Below are positions 11,036-21,018 of a DNA stretch of 64,000 nucleotides, piece after piece (the stretch's first letter is position 1; each line of letters begins with the position of its first letter). Both the position numbers and the translations under genes were made by a program. Source of the stretch: a virus (lineage: Duplodnaviria > Caudoviricetes); the IMG/VR virus record IMGVR_UViG_3300010885_080481; one strand, given 5' to 3'. Under the pieces are notes generated by a model, which was given only the letters and a program-made list of their open reading frames with translations, had not been told where the DNA came from and did not search any database.

Positions 11036-11398
11036 TTAAATGGGTTTCAACCTGTGCACGATTTTATTGATGACTGAAGCCTCATCTGGACCTAGAGCTA
11101 CGCACGCGATTTTATTGCCTTTTGCGTTGGCATGCGTTTCTATTCCCATAAATTCAGCCCTAGACATTATGTCTTGTAGCTGTTCTTCTGAATCCACTCC
11201 TAAGACGACTTGATTAACAGAACCTGTTAACCAGCATGCTTCATTGTTCGATAGCGTGACAAATATTTGATCACCCCTAGAAGATTCATTGTTTTCAATC
11301 AAAAATTTCAACGAAGCGGCAGCAACTTGAGCAGCAATTTCTCCTTTTTTCATGTTTAAATCGTTACGAACCACGATGACTTGTTTTATATCGTCCAT
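11036..11398 (-). CDS. Peptidyl-tRNA hydrolase 2 (PTH2) family protein, divergent active site
   Basis: KQVIVVRNDLNMKKGEIAAQVAAAS matches the PTH2 N-terminal signature; VVLGVDSEEQL and VALGP...INKIVHRLKPI match the C-terminal half; the usual DAG-x-TE motif is absent. Confidence 0.8.
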   Translation of the reverse strand: MDDIKQVIVVRNDLNMKKGEIAAQVAAASLKFLIENNESSRGDQIFVTLSNNEACWLTGSVNQVVLGVDSEEQLQDIMSRAEFMGIETHANAKGNKIACVALGPDEASVINKIVHRLKPI

Positions 11399-11422
11399 TT
11401 ACGACCTCACTTCAATAAGAGT

Positions 11423-11902
11423 CTACGTTTCTTCATTCAAAATTTCTTGTCGAACCTCCTGAAGAATTCTACCCAACCAGTTTTCTCCTTTCCCGTTGAC
11501 AACACCCCAAAATTTATCATTCCAGCAGTTTTCGTTAATCAACTCTTTATTATTCGTTTCTAACAATCTCCACTTCAAAAATGGATTTTCGAACTTTTCT
11601 TTGATTAGAAATTTCATGATGTTGACACGTACCTCGCGCCAATCAGGACGCACTAAAATAGATTGCCCTAACCTCTTTGCTTTGTTCGGGTCAGGGGCTT
11701 TTCTTATAATTTCTCTTGTGCTATTGTCTAAAGTTTTGGACGCCTGATATGCATGCTCGACCGTCGGGTATAATGCACCTTCGTACGCAACGGTCGATGC
11801 AAAGAAGTTAGATAAAAAATCATAACCGGTTTTTCTTGAAAACCCGACGATCGAGTCTCTTTCATTATTTTTGAGATTTTGCTCTTCGGAGTCCTTCTTC
11901 AT
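11423..11902 (-). CDS. NADAR family protein (YbiA/RibX-like)
   Basis: YDFLSNFF...YPTVEHAYQASK, AKRLG...RPDW, KFENP.LK..LLET...LINEN.WNDKFWG...GENWLGRILQEVR. Confidence 0.9.
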   Translation of the reverse strand: MKKDSEEQNLKNNERDSIVGFSRKTGYDFLSNFFASTVAYEGALYPTVEHAYQASKTLDNSTREIIRKAPDPNKAKRLGQSILVRPDWREVRVNIMKFLIKEKFENPFLKWRLLETNNKELINENCWNDKFWGVVNGKGENWLGRILQEVRQEILNEET

Positions 11903-12404
11903 ATAAAGCGGCCAAATTTCTCGAGTATAGCTCTTCGTCAGATCTATAATAATTACATCTTTTCAAAGAAGAAGCTGCCGCTCGTGGATCTCTAAGTCTA
12001 AAATTTTTTATTGTTATAGGACATCTGTCTTGCAAAAATAGCCAGTATGCCTCGGCTCCCTTTATGAAATTAGGAAAAGACTTGAATGTGCTTTTACCAA
12101 AATGACTATAATAAGGACCGTCAAACTTGTCTGGAAAATACCCGATGTTCCCCAAGTTGTAGTTCCAAACCTTTTTACCTTTTGCATTTTCTAGAGAAAT
12201 TTGTGCCCACGCCCCCGCCACGACATTTTCGTGGGGTATATCTCCATTTATGTTCAAATAAGACTCATTCAATATTTTTACTAGATCATCTTTGTCTACT
12301 GGCGTGGATATTCTATCATGTTTTATGTTCAAACTATTTGTCGACGCTAAGGTTAAAATTCCACTAACTGCAAAAGAATACAAAACTTTTATAGACGCTG
12401 CCAT
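11865..12404 (-). CDS. Putative glucosaminidase/muramidase (GH73/FlgJ-like) with a hydrophobic N-terminus
   Basis: AQISLENAKG...NYNLGNIG (candidate catalytic E), FKSF.NF.KGAEAY..FL, YYRSDEELY; N-terminus IKVLYSFAVSGILTLA. Confidence 0.6.
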   Translation of the reverse strand: MAASIKVLYSFAVSGILTLASTNSLNIKHDRISTPVDKDDLVKILNESYLNINGDIPHENVVAGAWAQISLENAKGKKVWNYNLGNIGYFPDKFDGPYYSHFGKSTFKSFPNFIKGAEAYWLFLQDRCPITIKNFRLRDPRAAASSLKRCNYYRSDEELYSRNLAALYEEGLRRAKSQK

Positions 12405-12443
12405 AAAGAACCTTTTATCTTACATTAGATTACAAAAGTTTAC

Positions 12444-12451
12444 ATAAATAT
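12444..12451 (-). promoter_or_regulatory. ATANTTAT promoter-like motif (ATATTTAT read on the - strand)
   Basis: ATAAATAT on +, about 40 nt upstream of the minus-strand block start at 12404; same motif precedes + strand genes on +. Confidence 0.5.
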
Positions 12452-12576
12452 CAACTTTGTAAGTTAAAGCGTGGTTGCATATTTGCTAAGTTTGATAAAT
12501 ACTGAAAGTATGACGCCACGTTAATTTATTAATTCGCAAAGAATCATACAATTGGTCTACCTAATTTGAGCTCTAG

Positions 12577-13545
12577 ATGGCAACCAACGATAAAAATAGA
12601 TTTAGAAAAACCTATTCATTCTTTAGAAACCCGCCTGTCTATGCTAGCGGTGGAGGAGGAGGCGGAGGTGGCTCGTCTGAACAATATTGGTATTCTACAA
12701 CAAATGATTCGATATACACCACTGGATCTGTCATCATTAGAGGAGATGAAACAGGATTAGATTCGCCATATGACGTCGGAACTGATGTGTTCTTTTTCGT
12801 CAGCGGTTCTATTGAGGCAACAGATCCAAACGAAAACAGGGTTTCAGTCTTTGGCGGAGATCTCGTAGTCAGCGGTACGTTTTTATTAGAGAGCGATTAC
12901 CTTGAGATAACTGGCACGTTAGTCGTGACAGAAGGCATCAGTGGGTCTCTTACAAGACTTGCTGACGGTACTTCGTATCTAATAGCTGGCAGCAATGTTA
13001 CGATAACTTCTCAATCTAACGGTTCTGTTATAATCTCTTCGACGGCCGGTGGCGGCGGCGGATCTTCAATCAACTTTTTTGACTCTACAACTGCTGGATC
13101 AGTGTACACGACTGGATCATTCGCATTTAGAGGTCAAGAGCTAATTGATTCTCCTTCAGACATAGGAACCGATGTTTTCTTTTTTGTTAGCGGCTCTGCG
13201 GGAACTATTAGCAACGAAAAATCTCTTTTTGGTGGCGATCTAGTCGTTAGCGGTTCATTCTCAACTTTTGCTGATACGTTAGAGATTACAGGATCTTTAA
13301 TTGTAACAGGAAGCTTACGGGTAACAGGTTCTATTGGAATAAGGGGATCGATAATTCCAGACGAAGATACGACATACACTCTTGGAACTTCCAATAAAAG
13401 ATGGAGTCACGTTTATACAGGCGATTTGCATCTGAGGAATGATCGAGGAGATTGGACCATCGTGGAAGAAAGAGATTTTTTGTGCGTAGTTAATAACATA
13501 ACTGGAAAAAAATACAAAATGATGTTGCAGCCGCTTGAAGACTGA
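12577..13545 (+). CDS. Fibre-like virion protein with an internal duplication
   Basis: Two copies of STT..S(I/V)YTTGS...DSP.D(V/I)GTDVFFFVSGS...FGGDLVVSG; Gly linkers; C-terminal [19 protein letters not shown] shared with the next gene. Confidence 0.7.
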   Translation: MATNDKNRFRKTYSFFRNPPVYASGGGGGGGGSSEQYWYSTTNDSIYTTGSVIIRGDETGLDSPYDVGTDVFFFVSGSIEATDPNENRVSVFGGDLVVSGTFLLESDYLEITGTLVVTEGISGSLTRLADGTSYLIAGSNVTITSQSNGSVIISSTAGGGGGSSINFFDSTTAGSVYTTGSFAFRGQELIDSPSDIGTDVFFFVSGSAGTISNEKSLFGGDLVVSGSFSTFADTLEITGSLIVTGSLRVTGSIGIRGSIIPDEDTTYTLGTSNKRWSHVYTGDLHLRNDRGDWTIVEERDFLCVVNNITGKKYKMMLQPLED

Positions 13546-13552
13546 GATTCGT

Positions 13553-13560
13553 ATATTTAT
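13553..13560 (+). promoter_or_regulatory. ATANTTAT promoter-like motif (ATATTTAT)
   Basis: Intergenic, 34 nt upstream of the ATG at 13595. Confidence 0.5.
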
Positions 13561-13594
13561 CTCCGATGTTCATACATGAACTGGGGGATACAAG

Positions 13595-14986
<1,392 letters not shown>

Positions 14987-14994
14987 TAATCTAT

Positions 14995-15038
14995 CGGCCC
15001 GTTGCGGTTCACCCCTCCCGACTACAGCGGGCCGTTTT
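14995..15038 (+). terminator. Probable intrinsic terminator
   Basis: cggcccgttg (14995-15004) pairs with cagcgggccg (15025-15034, one G-U), followed by tttt; the 20-nt loop is large. Confidence 0.5.
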
Positions 15039-15081
15039 ACGTGTTCCTAAACTATCAAAAAATTTGTAGTAGAATCGGTGT

Positions 15082-17343
15082 GTGGCTCCAAAGATCTCCG
15101 TAATCATCCCGCACTTGTCCGAGGTTGGAAGCACCGACCTACCTGAAAGAGAAGATGGCCTTCGTAGGTGCATCGAGTCGATAGACAGGCAGGTTGGATT
15201 CCTTCACAGCGACATAGAGAAGATCGTCTTAGATGGCCCAGGAACGGTGCCCGAAAAGGTAGTTGCCGGGCTCAAGAAGTCTTCAGGAGATTACATCGTC
15301 TTTGCCGCAAACGACGTTGAGTTCTCGATGGATTCTTTTCGCCTCGCTGTGAAAGATTCCACAGAAAACAACAAGGCTCTCGTTGCCTTTGATGGTGGCT
15401 CTGTGCTGCCTGACGAAGGAAACATCTGCGAGCACTTCTTGATCAGGAAGGACTTTGTTCCATCACTCGAAGATGGCCAGATCTTCAGCACCGACTTTCA
15501 CCACGTTGGTTGTGATAACTGGCTGTGGGCCCAGGCAAAAAGGTTGGGCCAGGCCATGAGATCGCCTCGCGCAAAGATCACACACCACCACTTCTCAAAG
15601 AATAGAGGGACGAAGGATGCCGTGTACGAGCTTGGGTGGTCAAGAGCAGAAGAAGACAGAAAAATGTTGGGGGAAAAGATAGAAAAGCTCAAGAACAACA
15701 GGACCTACTCTAACAATTGGTTCGAATTAAGAATTGGTAACTTTGAAAACTTTATTTCAAAATTTTCTGGGCGTCAGGTGCGTTGCCTGGAGGTTGGTTC
15801 CTTTGAAGGGCAATCAGCCAACTGGATCGTGGAGAACTGGTGCACGCATGCAGGCTCTCACCTGACCTGTGTGGATCCTTTTACGGGAAGCGTGGAGCAC
15901 AGTTCGGAAGAAAAGGAAGGCCTTTTTGAACGGTTCGAACGCAACACGGTGGGCAATTCCACAAAGATCAAGGTGATAAAGATGGAATCTCACGTGGCGC
16001 TTCGGCGGTTGATCGCCACCGGAGAAAAGTTTGATTTTATCTACATAGATGGCGATCACCACAGGGATGCAGTGGCCAAGGATGCCGAACTTGCACACCA
16101 ACTGCTAGTACCAGGTGGCCTTCTTGCCTTCGATGATTACACTTGGGGTGCCGGGCTTGAATCCTGGCAGAAGCCTCAGGAAGCCATCGATGATTTCTTG
16201 AGTGCCATGGGGGATGAGTACGAGGTGGCCATCAAGAACGCCCAGGTGTTCGCTTGGAAAAAAAGGCCGCGGATCGGAAAGACTCCGCGGCCAAAAATAG
16301 CTGTGTACGCAATATCCAAGAACGAAAGCAAGTTCGTGGAGAGGTTTTGCAGATCCTGCAGGGATGCCGATCTCATCGTGATCACCGATACCGGAAGCAC
16401 TGATGGAACGGTGGAGGCGGCAAGAGCTTTAAACGCGGTGGTGCACTCGGTGTCTATATCTCCCTGGAGGTTCGACATAGCCCGCAACGCCTCGATCGCC
16501 TTGATCCCATCCGACATTGACATCTGTGTCAACCTGGACCTGGACGAGGTGCTAGAACCTGGTTGGAGGGAAGAGATCGAAAAGCTGTGGAAGCCTGGCA
16601 CCACTCGACTTCGTTACCTGTTTGATTGGGGCAGCGGGGTACGGTTCATGTCCAACAAGATCCATTCCCGCAATGGGTACATGTGGAAGCACCCCTGCCA
16701 CGAGCTTCTTGTTCCTGATCCACGAACCACCGAGGTGTATGCCCACACCGAAAAGCTGCTGGTTCGCCACCTTCCGGACCCAACCAAGAGTCGTGGCCAG
16801 TACATCGATCTCCTGGAGATAGGTGTGAAGGAGGATCCGTACTGCCCACGAAACTCCTTCTACTACGCTCGCGAGCTCACCTTCTATAATCGGCACACTG
16901 ATGCCCTCAAGGAGCTCAAGAGGTACCTGGATCTTCCAACCGCCACGTGGGCTGATGAACGGGCTTTTGCGATGAGGCTGCTTGGATCCACGTACCATGC
17001 CCTTGGGAACAAAGAGCTGGCTTTGGATTGGTACACGAGAGGAGCAGCGGAGGCACCTCATCGCAGAGAATCCTGGTTTGCCCTGGCCGAACACTGCTAC
17101 AAGGTAGGCACGTGGGATACCTGTTACGATGCAGCCACGCGCTGCATATCCACCCCAAACAGTAACCAGTGGCCAACTGATTCCAGGGCGAGCAGCGCGG
17201 CTCCTCATGATATCGCCGCCATCGCCGCGCACCACCTAGGAAAGAAGGAAGAATCGGTGAAACACGGAAGGGCTGCCTTGGAGCTATCTCCGGGAGATGA
17301 GCGGCTCAAGGCCAACATGAGATGGTATCTCGGCGAGAAGTGA
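15082..17343 (+). CDS. GT2-like / SAM methyltransferase / GT2 / TPR fusion protein
   Basis: KISVIIP...SSGDYIVFAAND (GT-A-like); LEVGSFEGQSANW, TCVDPF, FDFIYIDGDH, PGGLLAFDDY (class I MTase, Methyltransf_24-like); KIAVYAISKNE, DTGSTDGT, FDIARN, NLDLDE (GT2); C-terminal TPR-like helices (FYYAREL...RESWFALAEHCY). Confidence 0.85.
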   Translation: MAPKISVIIPHLSEVGSTDLPEREDGLRRCIESIDRQVGFLHSDIEKIVLDGPGTVPEKVVAGLKKSSGDYIVFAANDVEFSMDSFRLAVKDSTENNKALVAFDGGSVLPDEGNICEHFLIRKDFVPSLEDGQIFSTDFHHVGCDNWLWAQAKRLGQAMRSPRAKITHHHFSKNRGTKDAVYELGWSRAEEDRKMLGEKIEKLKNNRTYSNNWFELRIGNFENFISKFSGRQVRCLEVGSFEGQSANWIVENWCTHAGSHLTCVDPFTGSVEHSSEEKEGLFERFERNTVGNSTKIKVIKMESHVALRRLIATGEKFDFIYIDGDHHRDAVAKDAELAHQLLVPGGLLAFDDYTWGAGLESWQKPQEAIDDFLSAMGDEYEVAIKNAQVFAWKKRPRIGKTPRPKIAVYAISKNESKFVERFCRSCRDADLIVITDTGSTDGTVEAARALNAVVHSVSISPWRFDIARNASIALIPSDIDICVNLDLDEVLEPGWREEIEKLWKPGTTRLRYLFDWGSGVRFMSNKIHSRNGYMWKHPCHELLVPDPRTTEVYAHTEKLLVRHLPDPTKSRGQYIDLLEIGVKEDPYCPRNSFYYARELTFYNRHTDALKELKRYLDLPTATWADERAFAMRLLGSTYHALGNKELALDWYTRGAAEAPHRRESWFALAEHCYKVGTWDTCYDAATRCISTPNSNQWPTDSRASSAAPHDIAAIAAHHLGKKEESVKHGRAALELSPGDERLKANMRWYLGEK

Positions 17344-17387
17344 CATATTTCCGCGCTAAATGATACATAGAAATTAGAGAAGAAAAC

Positions 17388-19712
17388 ATGGCACTAGTAA
17401 CGAACAACATCTCAGGATCCTCATCCGGTAGCCGCATCGGAATCACCGGCAGCGTTATCTTTGCGAACCAACCAGGTCCGCAGTTCCCGCCGATGCCAGG
17501 AACCGATGTTACTTTCTTCGTTTCAGGTTCCTCCACGGAACGATCTGTGTTCGGTGGAAACATGGTGGTTTCAGGAACCTTGTTCGTGGATGGCGATACC
17601 TACATTGGCGATTCAAGCTCCGATAAGCTCATCATCTCGGCCTCAACTTCCTTTCTTGGCGATCTATTCGAGATGACAGGTTCCCTAACGGTTACCGGTG
17701 GAATCTCTGGTTCGCTCACCCGCCTATCGAACGGAACCTCGTACCTCATTGCGGGAGATAACGTCACAGTCACATCCAGCTCCTCCGGACAAATCACCAT
17801 CTCTTCGATCCAGGGCCCCGCTTATTGGGAATCTGTCCAGACAGACGTCATCTTCACAACAGGTTCGGTCGAGATGACAGGATCGCTCACTGTCAAGTCC
17901 AACTTCATACTTGACGGAACTTTCAGACAGGGAGACACCAACCTCGTCACGGGCCTCGTTTCTCACGCGCAAGGATTCTTGACCACTGGTTCAGGAAACT
18001 ATTCGCATGCAGAGGGTTTTGTCACCATCGCTTCTGGTGACTATTCCCATGCCGAAGGAGAACAAACTCTAGCCTTGGGGCAATCTTCACATGCTGAAGG
18101 CCACTATACCTTGGCCCTTGGCGACAAATCCCATGCAGAAGGTTATCTCACCACGGGTTCGGGTGTTTCTTCTCACGCCGAGGGTGGAGAAACGTGGGCC
18201 ATCGGAATCTACTCTCATGCTGAAGGCTATAGGACTATCGCATCGGGAACTTTCTCTCACGCCGAAGGCCACGAATCTTATGCGTCAGGTACTCAATCCC
18301 ACGCAGAAGGCTATCACTCGTTAGCCATCGGCGTGAGTTCACACGCTGAAGGTTACTTCACCACAGCTTCGGCAGATGATTCTCACTCGGAAGGCTTCAG
18401 GACTATAACTTATGGTTATGCTTCCCACGCCGAAGGCAGCGAGACGATAGCATGGGGTGTAAAATCTCATGCCGAAGGTTTCAACACCCTTGCATACGGA
18501 GACGGCTCACACGCCGAAGGAAGCTTCACGACTGCATCTTTGTTTGTGTCCCATGCCGAGGGTCAAAACACTCATGCATCAGGTTCGTCCTCCCATGCCG
18601 AAGGTTACTACTCAATAACATTCGGATTCGGATCACATGCTGAAGGTTACATCACTACTGCCTCAGTAGATTATTCTCACGCTGAGGGAAACCAAACGCA
18701 CGCATCTGGCAACTTTTCACACGCTGAAGGTGGAAATACCCTAACGATCGGTGAATCCAGCCATGCTGAAGGTGGTAGCACCACTACCATAGGTTTCGCT
18801 TCCCATGCCGAAGGATTTTTTACTACAACAACAGGCCTAGGAAGCCACGCTGAAGGAGGCTACTCAACTGCTGCTGGATCGGTTTCCCACGCTGAGGGTG
18901 CTTATACACTTACAACTTCTGAAGCCGCTCACGCAGAGGGTTACCTCACGACAGGATCCGGTTTAGGATCACACTCTGAGGGTTACCTCACAATCGCGTC
19001 GGGAAATTATTCACATGCTGGTGGCATTGGAACCATCGCGTCGGGTTCCGGTCAGACAGTTTTCGGGTCCTACAATACACGTGATAACGACTTCTCGCTC
19101 TTCGTGATTGGTGACGGGACAGGAGACGCAGACATCGACCGAAGCGATGTTTTCAGGGTGAACACGGACAGAGTCGAGGTGACAGGTTCACTCTCCGTCA
19201 CTGGCTCGCTAGATCTGACGGGTTCCTTCTTTGCCGTGGGCGACATCCTAGAGATGACAGGCTCTATCGCTGCCACGCTTGGATTCAGCGGGTCATTGAC
19301 AAAGTTGACTGATGGTACCTCATATCTTGTCGCCGGAGCAAACGTGACGATCGCATCGGCTTCGAATGGAGCCGTAACAATCGGCTTGATGCCTTCTCTT
19401 ACCGGTTCTTTCTCAGGAACATTTAGTCACACGACCTACGCATTCACGGGAACGGGTCCTTTCACGGCGTCGCTCAGAAGTTTCTTCCTAGTCGACGTCG
19501 ACACCGACCCCACGACCCTCTACCTCCCATCAGCAGCACCAAATGGTTTCCAGGTCATTGTGAAACGCCACGACCCGACCGCGAACAACAGGGTGTTGTG
19601 GGTCTCTGGGTCCAACTCCGACACCGTCGACGACATCGGAGGTACAACGATATCAGCGAACTACGGTTCGTCTACTTTCATCAAGTTGGGGTCAGGTTGG
19701 TACATCACCTGA
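17388..19712 (+). CDS. Fibre/adhesin with YadA-head-like 14-aa SHAEG repeats
   Basis: 26 in-register repeats of SHAEG..T.A.G..; LFVIGDGT...RSDVF neck-like motif; modules shared with the other fibres. Confidence 0.85.
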   Translation: MALVTNNISGSSSGSRIGITGSVIFANQPGPQFPPMPGTDVTFFVSGSSTERSVFGGNMVVSGTLFVDGDTYIGDSSSDKLIISASTSFLGDLFEMTGSLTVTGGISGSLTRLSNGTSYLIAGDNVTVTSSSSGQITISSIQGPAYWESVQTDVIFTTGSVEMTGSLTVKSNFILDGTFRQGDTNLVTGLVSHAQGFLTTGSGNYSHAEGFVTIASGDYSHAEGEQTLALGQSSHAEGHYTLALGDKSHAEGYLTTGSGVSSHAEGGETWAIGIYSHAEGYRTIASGTFSHAEGHESYASGTQSHAEGYHSLAIGVSSHAEGYFTTASADDSHSEGFRTITYGYASHAEGSETIAWGVKSHAEGFNTLAYGDGSHAEGSFTTASLFVSHAEGQNTHASGSSSHAEGYYSITFGFGSHAEGYITTASVDYSHAEGNQTHASGNFSHAEGGNTLTIGESSHAEGGSTTTIGFASHAEGFFTTTTGLGSHAEGGYSTAAGSVSHAEGAYTLTTSEAAHAEGYLTTGSGLGSHSEGYLTIASGNYSHAGGIGTIASGSGQTVFGSYNTRDNDFSLFVIGDGTGDADIDRSDVFRVNTDRVEVTGSLSVTGSLDLTGSFFAVGDILEMTGSIAATLGFSGSLTKLTDGTSYLVAGANVTIASASNGAVTIGLMPSLTGSFSGTFSHTTYAFTGTGPFTASLRSFFLVDVDTDPTTLYLPSAAPNGFQVIVKRHDPTANNRVLWVSGSNSDTVDDIGGTTISANYGSSTFIKLGSGWYIT
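17961..19025 (+). repeat. Coding repeat, 42-bp / 14-aa unit x 26
   Basis: First SHAQG at 17961, last SHAGG at 19011 (1050 nt = 25 x 42); DNA is degenerate but the register is exact. Confidence 0.9.
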
Positions 19713-19730
19713 GAAATTCGGAGGAAAATC

Positions 19731-20981
19731 ATGTCGCATCTAATATCAACGCCGCCTTTCTTCGGAAGGGTAATCCAAGTCGACGCCATCAACGGCAACG
19801 ACTCGACCGGAAAGAGGGGACGGTCTCCCTTCAAGACCATCAACGCCGCGGTCTCGGCCTCGACGTCAGGAGACACGATCTGGGTGTCGCCCGGCACTTA
19901 TGAATTGACCTCTCCCATCACACTGACGAACGGAACTGCCCTCCGCGGCATGAGTCTACAGACGACCCTGATACAGATGACCAACGTGACAGGGGACACG
20001 ACTCTTCTGACGATGGGAGAAAACTGTCGCGTGGAGGACGTGACTCTGACGTTGACGTCCACCGGACACCACACCCTCGTCGGAGTCGACTTCCCAGGTA
20101 CATCTTCAGTCACGTCGAAACTCCGACCGACAGTCGTCACGGTCGACAACTCCTCTGCGTCGACGGGCGGGTCCTCGAACGTCTACGGCGTCCTGTGCTC
20201 AGGGACAGGTTCGCTGGGGACTGGTAACTTCTCGTTCAACTCCCTGAAGGGTATTACGGTCAATGTCCGCTCGGCGGGAGGCGGCAATAAGCGGGGGATC
20301 TACGTCACCGGAGCCGGGGCAATAACCACTCGTGACTTCAACCTGTACGTGACGGGATCTGCCGCAGGAGGCGGGTCGTTCGTCGGGGTCGAGACCGTCA
20401 ATCCCGCGGGACAGGTTCAGCTCAGATCCTCTACAGTATACGGCATGACGTCCGACATTAAGCAGAGCTCAGGGTCGATCGAGTTGGGACCAGGAACCGA
20501 CCTCGTCAACAAGACAGCGGGTGGAAAAAACTTCACTACTTATGTGTATCCCACCACAATCTTCTACGGCTGCATAGGATCGCTTAGTTCGTCATACGAT
20601 CCGGTGGTCGCTAACTACACGGCGTACCTCACACCGGGTGCCGGAACTGTACAGGCTGCAGCTACATCTCCGAGAGTAATCCACAGATTTCCTGACAAAG
20701 ATATCAACTTCTATTCGTCCCAACAGAAGGCGATCTGCTTCGGGTTGTTTGTCTCTGCTTCTATGGGTCCAGGCGCACCCGGGAACGTAACAAAAGTTGT
20801 GGTAATGAAAAATCGTGTTGACACACTTCTTACAGGAAGTTTGACCGGCAGCATGTTAGACGCAAGAAATTACAGCATATCCACCGACTTCAACCAATTC
20901 GACCTCCTGTCACTCAGGTTGGAATACACGGGATCGACGAACACAACCCATGACCTTTTCTGTCAGGTCGACATGTACTAA
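19731..20981 (+). CDS. Pectin-lyase-like beta-helix protein (tailspike/depolymerase-like)
   Basis: VDAINGND.TG....PFKTINAAV..S.SGDTIWVSPGTY is a typical parallel beta-helix N-cap, followed by G/T/S/V-rich repeating strands. Confidence 0.7.
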   Translation: MSHLISTPPFFGRVIQVDAINGNDSTGKRGRSPFKTINAAVSASTSGDTIWVSPGTYELTSPITLTNGTALRGMSLQTTLIQMTNVTGDTTLLTMGENCRVEDVTLTLTSTGHHTLVGVDFPGTSSVTSKLRPTVVTVDNSSASTGGSSNVYGVLCSGTGSLGTGNFSFNSLKGITVNVRSAGGGNKRGIYVTGAGAITTRDFNLYVTGSAAGGGSFVGVETVNPAGQVQLRSSTVYGMTSDIKQSSGSIELGPGTDLVNKTAGGKNFTTYVYPTTIFYGCIGSLSSSYDPVVANYTAYLTPGAGTVQAAATSPRVIHRFPDKDINFYSSQQKAICFGLFVSASMGPGAPGNVTKVVVMKNRVDTLLTGSLTGSMLDARNYSISTDFNQFDLLSLRLEYTGSTNTTHDLFCQVDMY

Positions 20982-21018
20982 TTCGTCACATTTTGTAACG
21001 TCGCTGAAAGGTTAGATT

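Noticed and set aside
16176-17235. Long antisense ORFs (142 and 227 aa) over the glycosyltransferase
   Set aside because: Expected in GC-rich coding DNA; no motifs or RBS; the + strand has clear enzyme motifs.
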